DNA of 64,000 nucleotides from Chlorokybus atmophyticus (GCA_009103225.1 RHPI01003536.1:1-64000); one strand, 5' to 3'; counted from the first letter of the stretch, positions 50,681-62,968 are shown. Notes: generated by a model not told the origin, from the letters alone. Program-made: numbers and translations.

Positions 50681-51668
50681 GGGAGGACTGCTTCCCCCGC
50701 ATATGCATAATCCGAGATTACGAATTATGCAGCTATGCATAGCCAGTCATGATTAGCTTGGGACATAGCCTATGCAGCAAAAGAGGAGAGCGCACAATGC
50801 GAGGGTCCTCAAACCGGAGTAAACGCCAGAAGCACCTAAAAATAAACAAGAGGTAACCAAACATATACGAGGTCACAGAAAGCAGGGGGGGTGGGGTGGG
50901 GGGTCTCAGGCGGTGCCCACCCGCATTGGACTGGAGATAACAGCACTTTGAATGCGCAAATCCGTATCCAATCAATGATGCGAAGATCACAGCAGATCAC
51001 AAACAACTATGTAACACTGTTCTACATCCGAGATAGGCATGTTCTACTTAGCTGAATTGGTACTTCAAGCGTAGTCGGCCTAGGCTTGATAACACGACTG
51101 TCACATCATGTAGAGTTGAGTTAAGAGAGTGGGTTAGGGTTACAGTGAGACTGAGTGCTTCTGAACTGTGGTAACGCAACCCCCTTCTTTCGCTGTGCGG
51201 CAGGGGTGAGCTGATGCGGGGCCTCTTCTCGGAGGTACATGCAACAACAAAATTTCTCTCACCTGCCTGTCTGCAATGCACTTTTGTCTGCAAGTGCAGA
51301 CATTGTCTAGGAAACTGGTTTGCTAGCGTGCTAACATCATCGTATTGAGTAAAGCACTCATCCTTTACTACATGTACATCAATAGTCCTGAAAATAATCG
51401 GGCACAACTAGTCAACATCCACCCAACAACTATTTACTAAACTGAAAGAATTATACCCTTAACAATCAGCCACGCCTGCAAGTGTTAAAATACTCTACTA
51501 CCGGGTGTGCGTGTATGATCCACTGCAGCAGCAGCGTCTCACGTACTAAGTTGCACACTCGCTATCCCCTCCTCATTGCAGTAGCTCCTCATCCACTCCT
51601 GTCTCCCCTCATCCATCCCCTCATCCACCACCCCCTTGACCCACCCCTTGACATCCCCCACACTCACC

Positions 51669-52753
51669 TCAAAGTCCGGACTGTAATTGTACCCAACATA
51701 ACCCATGCTCCCCCTCAGCCCCGCGCACGAGGTGGACACATTGCTGCCCTGTGGGAGACCAAACTTGAGGGAGTAGTCTTTGGGGACAAGAGACACTTTG
51801 ACTAGAGTGTCGTTGGAACGCTGCCAGTCGGCCAGGAAACCGATGGCGGAGGAGTAGGTGGAGGCAGGAGACCTGAGAGGGGGGAGTGAGTGTGTAGGTG
51901 TGTGTAAGTGTGTGTGGGTGGGTGGGTGACGGAGCAGTTGTGATGCTTTTGTCAGGGTGATTGACTGGATGCGTGTGAAACAGAGGTGTGACAGTGGTGT
52001 TTGTGTGTGCTTCTTACCAGTGGCCATGTCCGCACTCGGAGTCGATCTGCACGTAGGCAGTCACGGTGTTAGCATCGACTGCAAATGCAACTGCCCAGTA
52101 TAACAGGCAGCACAGGCCACTAATGTACTCGCATAATCGGCACACGCCTCCAGATAGGGCTCTCACCTCCAGGAAGGCAGCGCAGCGAGGCAGGAACAGG
52201 GACAGAGCCCCGTGGCCGCCGTGCGTGCCCACGTACACGTCCACATTTGCAATCCCCAGTATCTGTAACCACGACAACATCACTGTAAGTTTCCAGCTCA
52301 AGTGCAGCACACACGCATACACGCATGCACACGCACTCGAACACACCTGATCTTGGAACTCCGGGTGCTTCTTCGGGTCGAGCAGGCACGCAAAGTGCGC
52401 TCCCTCCAGCTCATCAATATCTGTGACATACACTCTTTGCACCCCCTCTTCCGTCTCCACGACCCCCTTCGCGACCTCATCCATGCTGACGATCTTCCTG
52501 TGCCACACGTGCTTGCGCGCATACACGCCGAAGCGAATCTCCTCTCCTTCTATCGGTCTCGACACGCGTGGAGGGGGGACTTTGAGATAATCCCACGCAG
52601 CGGTGCGATAAGCAGCCAGTGCACGATTTACTTGGGAGTCAGTGTAAATGCGAGAGCGAGGGTTAAGGTGACGCAAAGGCCAGATCCACATCTGGTTGAT
52701 GATGAGGTCTCAAAGCAGGTGACAGTGTTGCCCTCGAGGGCAATGAGGTCAGC
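51669..52753 (-). pseudogene. Glycosyltransferase family 61 (DUF563-like) fragment, 5'-truncated, one frameshift
   Basis: VTCF./DLII, RKIVSMDEV, FQDQILGIANVDVYVGTHGGHGALSLFLPRCAAFLE match the GT61 F..Q...DV.VG.HG.....LFLP..A..E signature. Four GT-AG introns. Confidence 0.7.
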
Positions 52754-52844
52754 CTGCAGGTGTGCAAAGAACAGATTGTTAGTCAAGACAGATACATGCA
52801 GTTGAAGGATATACACACCCACACGTGTACGCACAGTAACACAC

Positions 52845-54277
52845 ATACCGTTCGAACAACGTTCCCAACTGCGCGTTAAGCGGTTGAAAGAACTCCACCA
52901 ACATCGCATGCGTGTTGTTGGACATGGTTGGAGCGGGATACGTTGCACATACGTGAAGAATGGATGTGGGCTTGTTGTGCACGACTCTGTCGGGGAGCGG
53001 GAGCTCATACTCGATCCCGAGGTAGTCGAGCACGCTCATTACGGCCTCGCGCTCGTACACCAACTTGTGAAAATCCACATTGATGAACTGCTTCTGAGGT
53101 GGGAAGAGACTCCACCACGGGTCCAACTGGACGGCATACCACGAGTCCCATAGAGGCGAAGGCCGACACTCTTCATACACCTGCACGCAGTCGTCAACAT
53201 CTTCTTCTATGCAGGCAATGCATGTTGTTGGTGGTAAAGGTTGATGCATGAGTCACTTACCCATGGCTTGGGGAGGTTTGTTCGCGCAGCCATGCAGGTG
53301 CGGGCCTCGGACAACACTTGTCGGGCCCAGTCATTAAATTGGACGTCGCACGGGATGTGCTTTAGCAAACGGCCTTTGTGGCCAAACCACGAGAGGGTGC
53401 GTTCGACGGGGTTGCGCAGGGGGGTGACCATGAATTTGAGTCCTGCGACGAGCCCGTGACGGGAGTAGTGCTGGCCGATCTGCAGCGCCGCGCTTAGCGT
53501 GCGCAAGAAGTCATGCGTGCTGTCCATCACGTAACGCGCCCTCTGCATGTGCCTGTGTCTGTAGGCATGTGCACGTCCCGGACTCTGTTGCATGCTGATG
53601 TTGTAACTACGAGTGCATCGTCAACAAGACCACCACTGACTCCATCGGCGAGGCAGCTGTCAGAGCACAGGGGATAGCGCTGGGAGTACGCTGCCAACCA
53701 CTCCGGCGTCATGTGCGGCACCAACGGCTGGTCTGCAAAGTGAATCTCTTTCGTGTACTGGAGATCCTACTTGTTCGGAAGCACACATACACACAGTCAT
53801 CAGTGCTGTGCGTGCGTGCGTGCGTGTGGTTGGCTTTGGTTACTTTGCATCTTGGTGCACAAAAACAAAACCGACATGCCCAAGGGCTCACCTCTCCCTT
53901 GCCAAACATCTCGCCTGCACAAGCACGCGAAGTGTCAATGCCACGCCACGCTGTCAGCATTGCGTGTTTCAAGCGCACATACACACCTGACGACATAGCC
54001 CCAGAGCGTGGTGGAGCCACACTTCTGCCCGCCAATGAGGAAGAGGTTGGGCACCGGGTGGCCTTTGTAGCACGGCGCGCTACCCGCGGTCCTGCTCAAC
54101 CACCTGCACCTCATCATCCTCGCCATCAACACCACGCCCTCCAGCAAGCAGCAGCGCCCTCCTCGGTGCGCGCTCCCCGCGTGCATGCACAGTGGGGGCG
54201 CCGGCGAGGAGGACGACCACAAGGAGCACAAGGAGGAGGCGGAGCCAGAGGGGACGAATGGGAAGAAGCCTACGCAT
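52845..54277 (-). pseudogene. Sulfotransferase copy C, frameshifted and 3'-truncated
   Basis: Same motifs as copies A and B, but with a +1 insertion near 54100, a 23-nt rather than 22-nt microexon (53914-53892) and LRDP changed to LRNP. Homology ends at ...LFER, where it joins a GT61 intron. Confidence 0.85.
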
Positions 54278-55796
54278 GACTAGAGCGGTGGGTTGAAAAA
54301 TTGCGCTCTCATCCACCAACCAACTCATTGTCGCTGTTTGTGTGTGGTGCTACTGCGGTGTACACAGACCACCCGGTCAGTTCATACGAAGGTTCAATGC
54401 CGCATGCACTGCGCTTACATACCAACATGGGTACAAGACTGTGCGAGTGGTTACTCTGCAGCTATGTGTGCGTGTGCGCAGTGCTGCTGCTGCACGCAGC
54501 GAGTGATGATAGACTCTCAACATGCATATGATTCGACAATTTTCCAAGGGCATCCCGCACCTCGAGGCAGGCAGGCAGCGGCATGCAGCAAAAAGTATGA
54601 GAAAGTGCGGGTCTGCAGTCAGTTTACAGCATGCAGGCGGTGAATGACAAGAGAGGCAACACTAACCTCACACAGGCATCTGTCCCTGAGAGCAACACAG
54701 TGCTCTTGTACAGCAACGACGACCCTGACGCCGCCGCCGCCGCCGTCTCGGAGCTCACTCGGGGATAGTCGCCCGTGCTATTCGTGTGCAAAAATTGTGA
54801 ATCCTGTGGGGCGTGCAACGAGTCTTTTCACCGCACATTAGCCAGTCCATATAGCCATAAATGCGTTGCAGCGTAAAGACTTGGTCACGCAGCCTGTGTG
54901 GCACGCAGGATGCCCCTGCTGGTCTGGGCCTAGGCCTACTTAGCTAGCGACTGCCAGGAATGTGTCAGAATTTCGTGCATCACATAGGGTAAGGGTCCCT
55001 AATGTGGGAACGGCCCCTTATGTGGGGATTAGCCGTTTTTTGCCTGCAACTTCTGGCCTGTCAGGCCATTGCCGGCCAAACTTTGGGGCGTGATACATCT
55101 CAGTGCGAGCTATCTAGCGACCCCATACCCGACCCAAACAGTTGAGTAGAGCGGGAGATCTGAATTTTCAAATTCCATTATTTTCTTATTTTAACCGGGG
55201 TTGGCCTACCCTCAACTTTGGTAGGCTGTAACTTTGTGGTATCAATGCCTATTTGAATGATGTTTTGTTTGTTGGCTTCCTATGGGTTAGGAGAGCTTAT
55301 TTACCAAGTTTCATGACAATGTACGCGGAAATACAAAAGTTAGAATGCTCACAATTTTGGGGTGTCGCGCAACGCAACCCCCAAAAAGTAAAGTTGTGAT
55401 TGTGGCTATTGTAGCAGTTGTAACTTGGTGTGGCGCGTTGTTATGTTGTTTAATAGTTGTATTGCAACTTGGATTGCCTTCAGCACTCAATGAGCTGTGT
55501 TGTTGTGATTTTGTAGCACATAGTTGAGGTAGGGTGCGGGTGAGGGGGATACTTTGCATGCAAGTGAGGGCATGCAATTGAGGAGCAGTCCGAGATAGGT
55601 GGAGACAGCCAGTGAGATTGCCAAGGTTCAAGTTCTGCAACTAGCTACCTCTACAAACAACTTCCCTATGGTCCACGGCAACTCTGCAAGGGTGGGTGTG
55701 TTGCATGCTTAAGCAACTTTGTCATCATCGTGGCACTTGGCCACTCAGACCACCCTCGCATCATGTTGCTGATATGCAACTGCTCTCAGGGCAAAC

Positions 55797-58659
55797 GTGA
55801 AGGCCAAGACACCCTTGGCCAAAAAGAGAAAGAGGTGCCACAACAACTACAGCAACATGCTGGAGGACATTCAGCGTGCAGTGGCCAGCATCAACCAGGG
55901 ATGTATGTGCGTTGCTGATGCTGTGAGGGAACTTGGCGTCCCGGACACCACCATGCGCAGGTTCCTCGCACAGCCAAACACCCTCCCCGAGCACAAGTGA
56001 GTTGGGGACATTATGTTGCGCTGCAAACACTGGATGCTAGTTAGTGACTCTGTGTACACTCTTGATAGGGGGGCAGGTGCACCTACAGTTTTCACAGAAG
56101 AGGAGGAGAATGACCTGGCTGAGTTTGTGAAAATGAGAAACAAGTGGGGTCGTGCAATGACATGGACCGAGATCACAATTGAAGCAGGCAAAAGGCTGGC
56201 TGGTGACCCAAGAGCCAAGCTGTTCAAGGCTGGAATACGTGGCAAGAGGTGGTGGTAGTGCTTAAAGAGGCGAAAGAACCTTGTGAGCAGAAAGGCTGAG
56301 CCATTGGACAAGTTCAGAAGGGTGTCTCTGAGCAAACCAATTGTATACCATTACTTTCAGCTTCTGGCGGAGACAGTGCACAGACTGGGTGTGGGCACAG
56401 AGCGCATCATCTCTGCTGACGAAGTTGGCATCGAACCAGACACAAGCGTCCAGAACCAGAAGGTCATTTGCGAGAGGTAAGAGTGTTAGTGCTGTCAGCA
56501 TACACACACACCTTCTGTTCACACACATGCAAACTCTGCCTGACCTGTGTTATGCAGTGGTGCAAAGTGGGCGCAATCAGCTACCACTGGCAGCAGAGAA
56601 CACATAACCTTGATGTGTGCCGTCACTGGAGCCGAGCATGCTGTGCCACCTCTAGTCATCGTGAAAGGACAGAGACTGTGTGTGGACAACAAGGACTTCA
56701 CCGTGCCGGGAGCCCGCTTCGCTGTCCAAGAAAACGCATGGGTGACCACAGAAATCTTTGAGTTGTGGATCAGGGAGTTGGTGAAGTGGTTTCCTAGAGG
56801 AGTTAGTCCTTCCAACCCTGTACTGTTAGTGGTGGACGGACATGTGAGCAGATACAACCCTCGCATGATTCGCTATGCCCAGGACAGAGGGCTACACATC
56901 CTCATCCTGCCACCACACACAACCCATCGTCTGCAAGTGCTGGATGTCTCCTGTTTCCACCCTTTCAAGGAGGCCTATAGGAAGGAGTACAGGAAGCGGC
57001 AGGACACCAGGTACAACTTCGAGCTCAGCCGCAAGGAGTTCCTGTCTCTCCTCGTCAACCCCTACTACACAGGCCTGTCCCCTGCAAACATCATTGCAGG
57101 CTTCCGGGCATGTGGGCCATGGCCTCTCAACGTGCATGCACTGGACAAGTACTTCACTGACAAGGCCCGGGTGATTGACTGGATGCGTGTGAAACAGAGG
57201 TGTGACAGTGNCATTGAACCTCCTAGTGCGAATCAACGCGAGAGCTTTCTGCATGTACGCCCGTGCAGGACACCGTCCCATCTTCAGTGTAACATTCTTG
57301 TTGTACATGTCCGCTGGAGAGAATGGAAAGCTGGGTGCTGTGTGACACCCAACTGAAGAGATTGTGCCAAACGGGCGAATGAGGTCATAAGCCATTTTCA
57401 GCGCTTGCGGCAAGCCAACAACCTGCGAGAAACATCTCATCATCGCAACAACATAGCATAGCAGTTCAGTAGACAAACTAGACAGACATGTACCTCCATT
57501 ACTGCTGGCACGCCTCTGCCGATTGAATGCTCCTGCACAGTCTGCACACCCAACAGAGCCAACGCACACACTTCAATGCACATGCTACTTACCATGTGTA
57601 CGAAATACCTCCAACAGATATGTACAAGCACTGCCAACCTGCCAGGGTTCATGGATGGTTATGTCAAAGGCCTCTGCGCCTAGCTCCCTTGCCTTGGAGA
57701 GTCTTGCAGGGACAGAGTCAAAAGCAATCACGCGGGGAGCGCCGAGGTGAAAAGCCGAGGCAATGGCCATGAGGCCGACGGGTCCGCAGCCAATCACAAC
57801 AACAACCTCTTCCTGCTGGAAATCCACGCCTTCCAGCGCGCGCTCGGCGCAGAAGTAACCGGTTGGCAGCACGTCACCGAGCAGGAGAGCCTCCATGTCT
57901 GTCACGCCGTCGGGGAGGTGCACAAGGGTCGCGTCGGCCATGGGAACCTTCACATACTGCGCCTGTGCACCCTGCAAGCCCGCCCCATTCTCCCCCCAAC
58001 CTGGCCTGTCATGCTTGTTGGACGCCATTGACAAAGCCGATGAAGAAGACAACAACAACAACAACAACAACGAGGACTGCACACCCAACACAGAGGCACC
58101 CGCAAAGAGGAGGAGAGGGCTGAAGACTGCCCACCTGCTCACAGCTGATGAGATAGCAGCAGAGCTTGAACGCCAGGATGCAGAGAAGGCAGTCAAAGCA
58201 GAAGCAATCCAAGCACGCAAGGAGGTAGCAAAGCAGCGCAAAGCACAGCAAGCACAAGCTGCAGCAGACAAGGCAGAAAGAAACAAGACTAAGGCCAAAG
58301 CTACAGCGCTGAAGAAGATGCTCGCTGATAGAGAGAAGGACAGGAAGAAGCAAGACAAGGCTGAAGCACAAGCTCAAGCACAAGCTGAAGCTGAACAACA
58401 GAAGCTTGAGCAGCATCAAGCAGCCCAAGCAGAACATGCACAGAGGGAGCAAACAGCACGGGAGGCAAACGAGTTGTGGATGAAATACGAGTGGGACCCT
58501 ATGCAGTGCAACAATCAACAAGGAGACCCCCTATGGGACTATGCAGAGGTTTCTGCAGAGCGCCATCTCGGCCCTGACCCTCCCCCTCACGCGCAAGCCA
58601 AGGAGGCGGGTCTCCGCTGGAGACACAAGCGCAGGCAGCGGCACATACACAAGACCTAG
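55797..58659 (+). pseudogene. pogo-family DDE transposase of element 3, interrupted at 57169-58002
   Basis: psq-HTH (AVRELGVPDTTMRR), PTVFTEEEE, ISADEVG, VVDGHVS, LPPHTTHRLQVLDVSCFHPFK, GFRACG.WP. All three catalytic Asp are retained. One in-frame TAG at 56256-56258. The charged coiled-coil C-terminus resumes after 58002. Confidence 0.88.
57212..58002 (-). pseudogene. Captured internal fragment of a Zn-dependent medium-chain alcohol dehydrogenase (FDH-like MDR family), with two introns
   Basis: GAQAQYVKVPMADATLVHLPDG...LLGDVLPTGYF, VIGCGPVGL, GRGVPAVME|VVGLPQAL..AYDLIRPFGTISSVGCHT...YNKNVTLKMGRCP. Exons are separated by GT-AG introns. Confidence 0.88.
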
Positions 58660-60959
58660 ACTTAGACACCCTGTTAGGCATAGTCTTACAACTCTAACAT
58701 GCGCTGTACATACACATGCCTGCATGCATCACCTCTGTGACCTGCTTGCTGCGCCTGATGCCGCCTACGTCCGCATAAATGACGCCGCCCACCTTGCATG
58801 CAACCTTGCAAGTGTGGCCAAGGTTTGCCGCCAAAGCGGCGCACCTTGGCGGCAACACAACGGCTGCAACCACAAATGCCTGCACGTCACACCTCTCACA
58901 GCCTGCCCCCCAGCCTGCATTTGCTGGCCGCAGCCACTTCGCAATGACTGCGGCCAGCAAGCTGAGGGGACTCAAGAAAGGCTGACTGCGCCTGTCAGCC
59001 TTTCTGGAGTCCCCAAATTAGGGCAAAACCTCTCGAGGGGTCAGACCCCTCACACCCCTCACTTTGGCGCGCTGTATCTCCCACGATACCGCGCCCAAAA
59101 AGGTGAAAAAACTACTGATGTGTAGCTTATATTCTCAGCTACACATCACCTATATACACCACCGCCATCAAAGCAACACATCATACACAATCTGCTTAAA
59201 ACCCCAGATTTGCCCCGAAATAGGGGCCTTTACCCTAAGTAGTCCACACACGAAAGTACGATAGCCGCAGTTTAACCAATGGCCCCCCTAACTACGTCTC
59301 ACGCTGAGAGGCCCTGCCGCAATGGCCCGGCATACCGGTCGTCGGTAGTTGGCACCACACACGCTGCAATTGTCAAGTGGCACTGCAAACTCCATCTCCA
59401 AAGAAACAACAAGCGAAACAATCTTAGCAGGCCGGTAATGTCGCAAATTGACCGATGAGACACGGTCAGACGATACATCGACGTTCGACTATGCAAGTCA
59501 CATCATGTAACTGCGTCGTGTCATCGTACACTCATTTGGCTAATGGTTGCGACATTACGTCATAACATAGATGTCCATTTGAAAAGCTTAACAGTTTACA
59601 AATACCGAGCACTTTGATATTACAAGTTTATCATGCCTACACCGTAGAAGATTGTGTTGTGTATGCATGCTTGCAATCGGTTGCCGCAGCAGCTTCACAA
59701 CAACACATTACGTCACACACTCATATAACGTAATGTGCGTCGTGCTACCAACATGCCTGGTTGCAGAACTCCAACACGATGGAGTGCTAATTAGCTCAGC
59801 AGCGCATAATACACTGAATATCATGTTTAAAACTATTAAACTCTATGATCATATGATACGGGTGCATACTCAGTATGCAACATAGTAACCAATATGTTGA
59901 CAATTAACGAGGCTACTGTCTACATTTGCCTCGCGCGAGGCGAACGCAAACCTCATAGCCTTATAAATCGTCAATAAAAGGTCGGAACTCAGGCAGCCGT
60001 GATGATTAACCAAAAATCCCCCCCCCCTGATGCATGCAGGCATAGTCTTACAANAGGCTTATATAATGCGCTGTAGCCTCTAGCAGGTGTTTGAAAACGT
60101 GCGCGATGTAGCAGCAAAACGGCCAACAATGCCCCGGCGGGAGTGAAACGCTTGCGAGTTCCAACCTCTTGTTAACAATTAGCGAGCAATAATTCATATA
60201 CAACACAACTTTTTATGCCACATTTGCCGATATTAGCAATCAACAGAGTAATAAGCAACCACACCTTAGAGGTGTCGGCGCCAAGCGCCTGCTTAAGGAA
60301 GCTTGTACTGGCGCCTCCGCGGGTTCACAAGCAGCATGCATGCATTCTACGTCAAGCGCTTGGCTAAGTCGGTTGCCAAGCAGTCAGCTGCCCTCCACCC
60401 CCAACTCCTGCACCGACCGCCCGCGCCNCCCCAAAGGCGATGCACGATCAGCAACGAAAGTACCCAGTACGGTAATCCATGCAATACCGTAAGCTAAACT
60501 TAGTGCCACGAAAGTCTTCCTATAATAAATAATCCGGCGAGGCTCCGCCCGACCACCCAAAGCAAGGTCAGCTGCAGTACTCTGACGGGGCCGCTTTTTC
60601 AGGCTAGACAAGTTGTGCGTGTCCCGCAGCGAGAAATCTACAAATGGTCTAGCCCTTAAAAGAGTCTTTAAAAACTTTCATAGTTTAGCTATACATTACC
60701 AGCAACGACTTAATCTGGGTAAGGACGCCCTCGGATGGCTACCGTATTTACTGACATACTCTGTACTTACCCGGTGTGTGTGTGTGAAGTGCTGAGTGAA
60801 TCCGTACTTGTCCTGGTCCCCCCAATTAAACAATGGAAGCATATGCCGCCTGCAGAAGCTTCCATCGTTGCAGACCCGCTCGACTGCTTTGCGTTTGCGA
60901 TTGAAAAGGCTTGGGATTGAAACCAGTCTTAGCCCTCGGGGTTTTAAGGTTTTATGTCA

Positions 60960-61330
60960 ATCATGGTACTAATTTGTTGCAAACTTGACACTGGAGCCAA
61001 CTAATCTGAGCCATTATGATTCCGGCATGGTGCTGGCTGTTTAATAATGGCACAGGTGCAACAATGTTCAACGGTTCAATAGTTCAACACTGTTCAATAG
61101 TGGCACCAATTAGTTAGTGCCACTGTTGTTCCGGTCTTGTGCCAGTGTTCAACAATGGCAAAGGTTGTTTTACCTATACCATTGCTAGCACAGAATTTAT
61201 GCCATTATGGTCTAGAGTTTCTGGACCAATAATTGCGCAGCTTGTGCCAGTAATCGCACAAGTTGCTCGTGCCAATATTGGAACGAGTTTGTGTCAGCAC
61301 TGGCACTGAGCATTAGACCCATGTGGTGGC
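60960..61330. repeat. Cluster of short TGGCAC/GTGCCA and GTTCAA motifs in both orientations (possible transposon subterminal region)
   Basis: Motif density seen directly. No TIR partner identified. Confidence 0.4.
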
Positions 61331-61917
61331 AAATAAGCCGAATCAAGTACACAATCTTCGCCGAACACATTAATAGGCCATTCACGTAAGGATTGATCTA
61401 TAAAGTAAATCCATAAAGTAAAGCACGTTTTACATACAGTACAAGCTTTGGGCACCATATACGCAAGTCAGTGGTATTGTAGCCTCACTCTTTTTACTCA
61501 ACTCTGCATATTGTAATAGTCATGTTACCAACCTTACGCTTCATTTACTAATTCATCTGAGTACAAGTGGCGCATTTTGGATATAAAACCGTGTCATACG
61601 ATTGTTTATTAATACCCTAATCTTGTCATCATTAAGTTGGATTGACTCTGCGCATGCAAGGTTCCCTCCTTCTATCTCCATCCCCGTGCGAGTGGGATGT
61701 CCCCTCTCAATTTGACGGCGTTTTGTATGTGGCCTCTCATATGTTTGCTCGCCCTCTGGCTTTTTTGGGGGCTTCCAACACTCGATCTACTTGACGAGGA
61801 CCCTTGCAACGTGCATTTTTCTTGCAGCAACTGCTTGCTTTTTTGCTGCGCAGATTACGTAGCTGATTAGTTTTGTCATAGCCGCATATATATGCGTAAA
61901 ATATATATAAATAAAAA

Positions 61918-61950
<33 letters not shown>

Positions 61951-62968
61951 GTGTATATGCGCGGGGGCAGAGTCCTCCCCCCAAAGGTGCCCGTTCCTCA
62001 GCTCTCTGCATCTTGCTTTGTTCAAGGGTGCGAGAAGAAGCGCCATCCGCTCCCTCGCCGCTCATGTTTTTTATCATGACATGGCTTGGCATTCGTCCTT
62101 CTTCCTTATGGTATTCACGCATTCGAGATGAGTTTGCTGTTGTTGCAGATATAAGCATGCGTGAGTTGGCTGTTTTGAAACCTACCGACAACTGTGTGTT
62201 GACAAGTCATCAGCATTTCGACCGATTCAAGCAAGCGCACATCATAACTGTGAAGTTCATGAATTATACTCATGTAGCAACGTGGTTGGATACATCCATG
62301 CTGGACAAGATGTATGCACTCAAATGTTTCGCGCCCGAGCAATCGCCTGTCAAATGCACCAATTATAATAAACGTATTAAGATCTCATATATATATATAT
62401 ATATATTATACTTGAAGTATACTAAGCGGTATATTATACCGGTCAGTATACTGACCACGTAACTCTCGCACGTACCTATCGTATTGGATCGAGTAAACTG
62501 CGCCTAAGCCTTACAACTATTCCTGTCATTTTGCCTACTCTAGGTTTCAAGTAGTGGTAGCACTGGTAGAGCCCTAACCGTACCTGTCATGCAAGTGGGC
62601 CAACACTTGGCGCTCCTGAAAATGACTACGCGACGCCTCACCCGCTAACGATGACGTCGATGTTGCGTTGGTGCAGTCTCCTGATCTCATGTGGCAATGG
62701 CCCCTGCGCAAACAGCATGCCTGAGCTTGGACGCCTTACGTAACATGTCACAGTGGGGTTGCACTACTACACCAAAGTCAAGCGGAAGTTCAATGAATGT
62801 GTTGTTACACTCAACCACCTCCAGAACAGGTTGAGCAGCCTGGCGGCAAGTCGATCCCACAGTCCTGCCGCATGCATGCACACGTAAGCGTCATCAGAAG
62901 TGCGATGCAGCGCGTGTTGTGAGCAGGCAATGAGCAACACAACACAACACAAAGGTCACGTGCAGGCC

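Larger units (their letters stand above)
47800..51150. repeat. Large inverted duplication, paired with about 61470-64000
   Basis: TBL exons and 3' flank align in reverse complement, e.g. 50280-50365 vs 62020-62110, 50915-50940 vs about 61670-61695 and 51090-51130 vs 61485-61530. Confidence 0.85.
54987..59235 (+). mobile_element. pogo/Fot1-like element 3 (4.25 kb) with both TIRs, TA TSD and a captured host-gene fragment
   Basis: TA|GGGTAAGGGTCCCTAATGTGGG ... CCCGAAATAGGGGCCTTTACCC|TA (17/22). The empty site is visible in paralogous copy A at TA 5320-5321. Confidence 0.9.

Noticed and set aside
60290-60420. AFYVKRLAKSVAKQSAA as the C-terminus of a non-LTR retrotransposon
   Set aside because: Weak resemblance only; no RT or endonuclease motifs and no poly-A tail.
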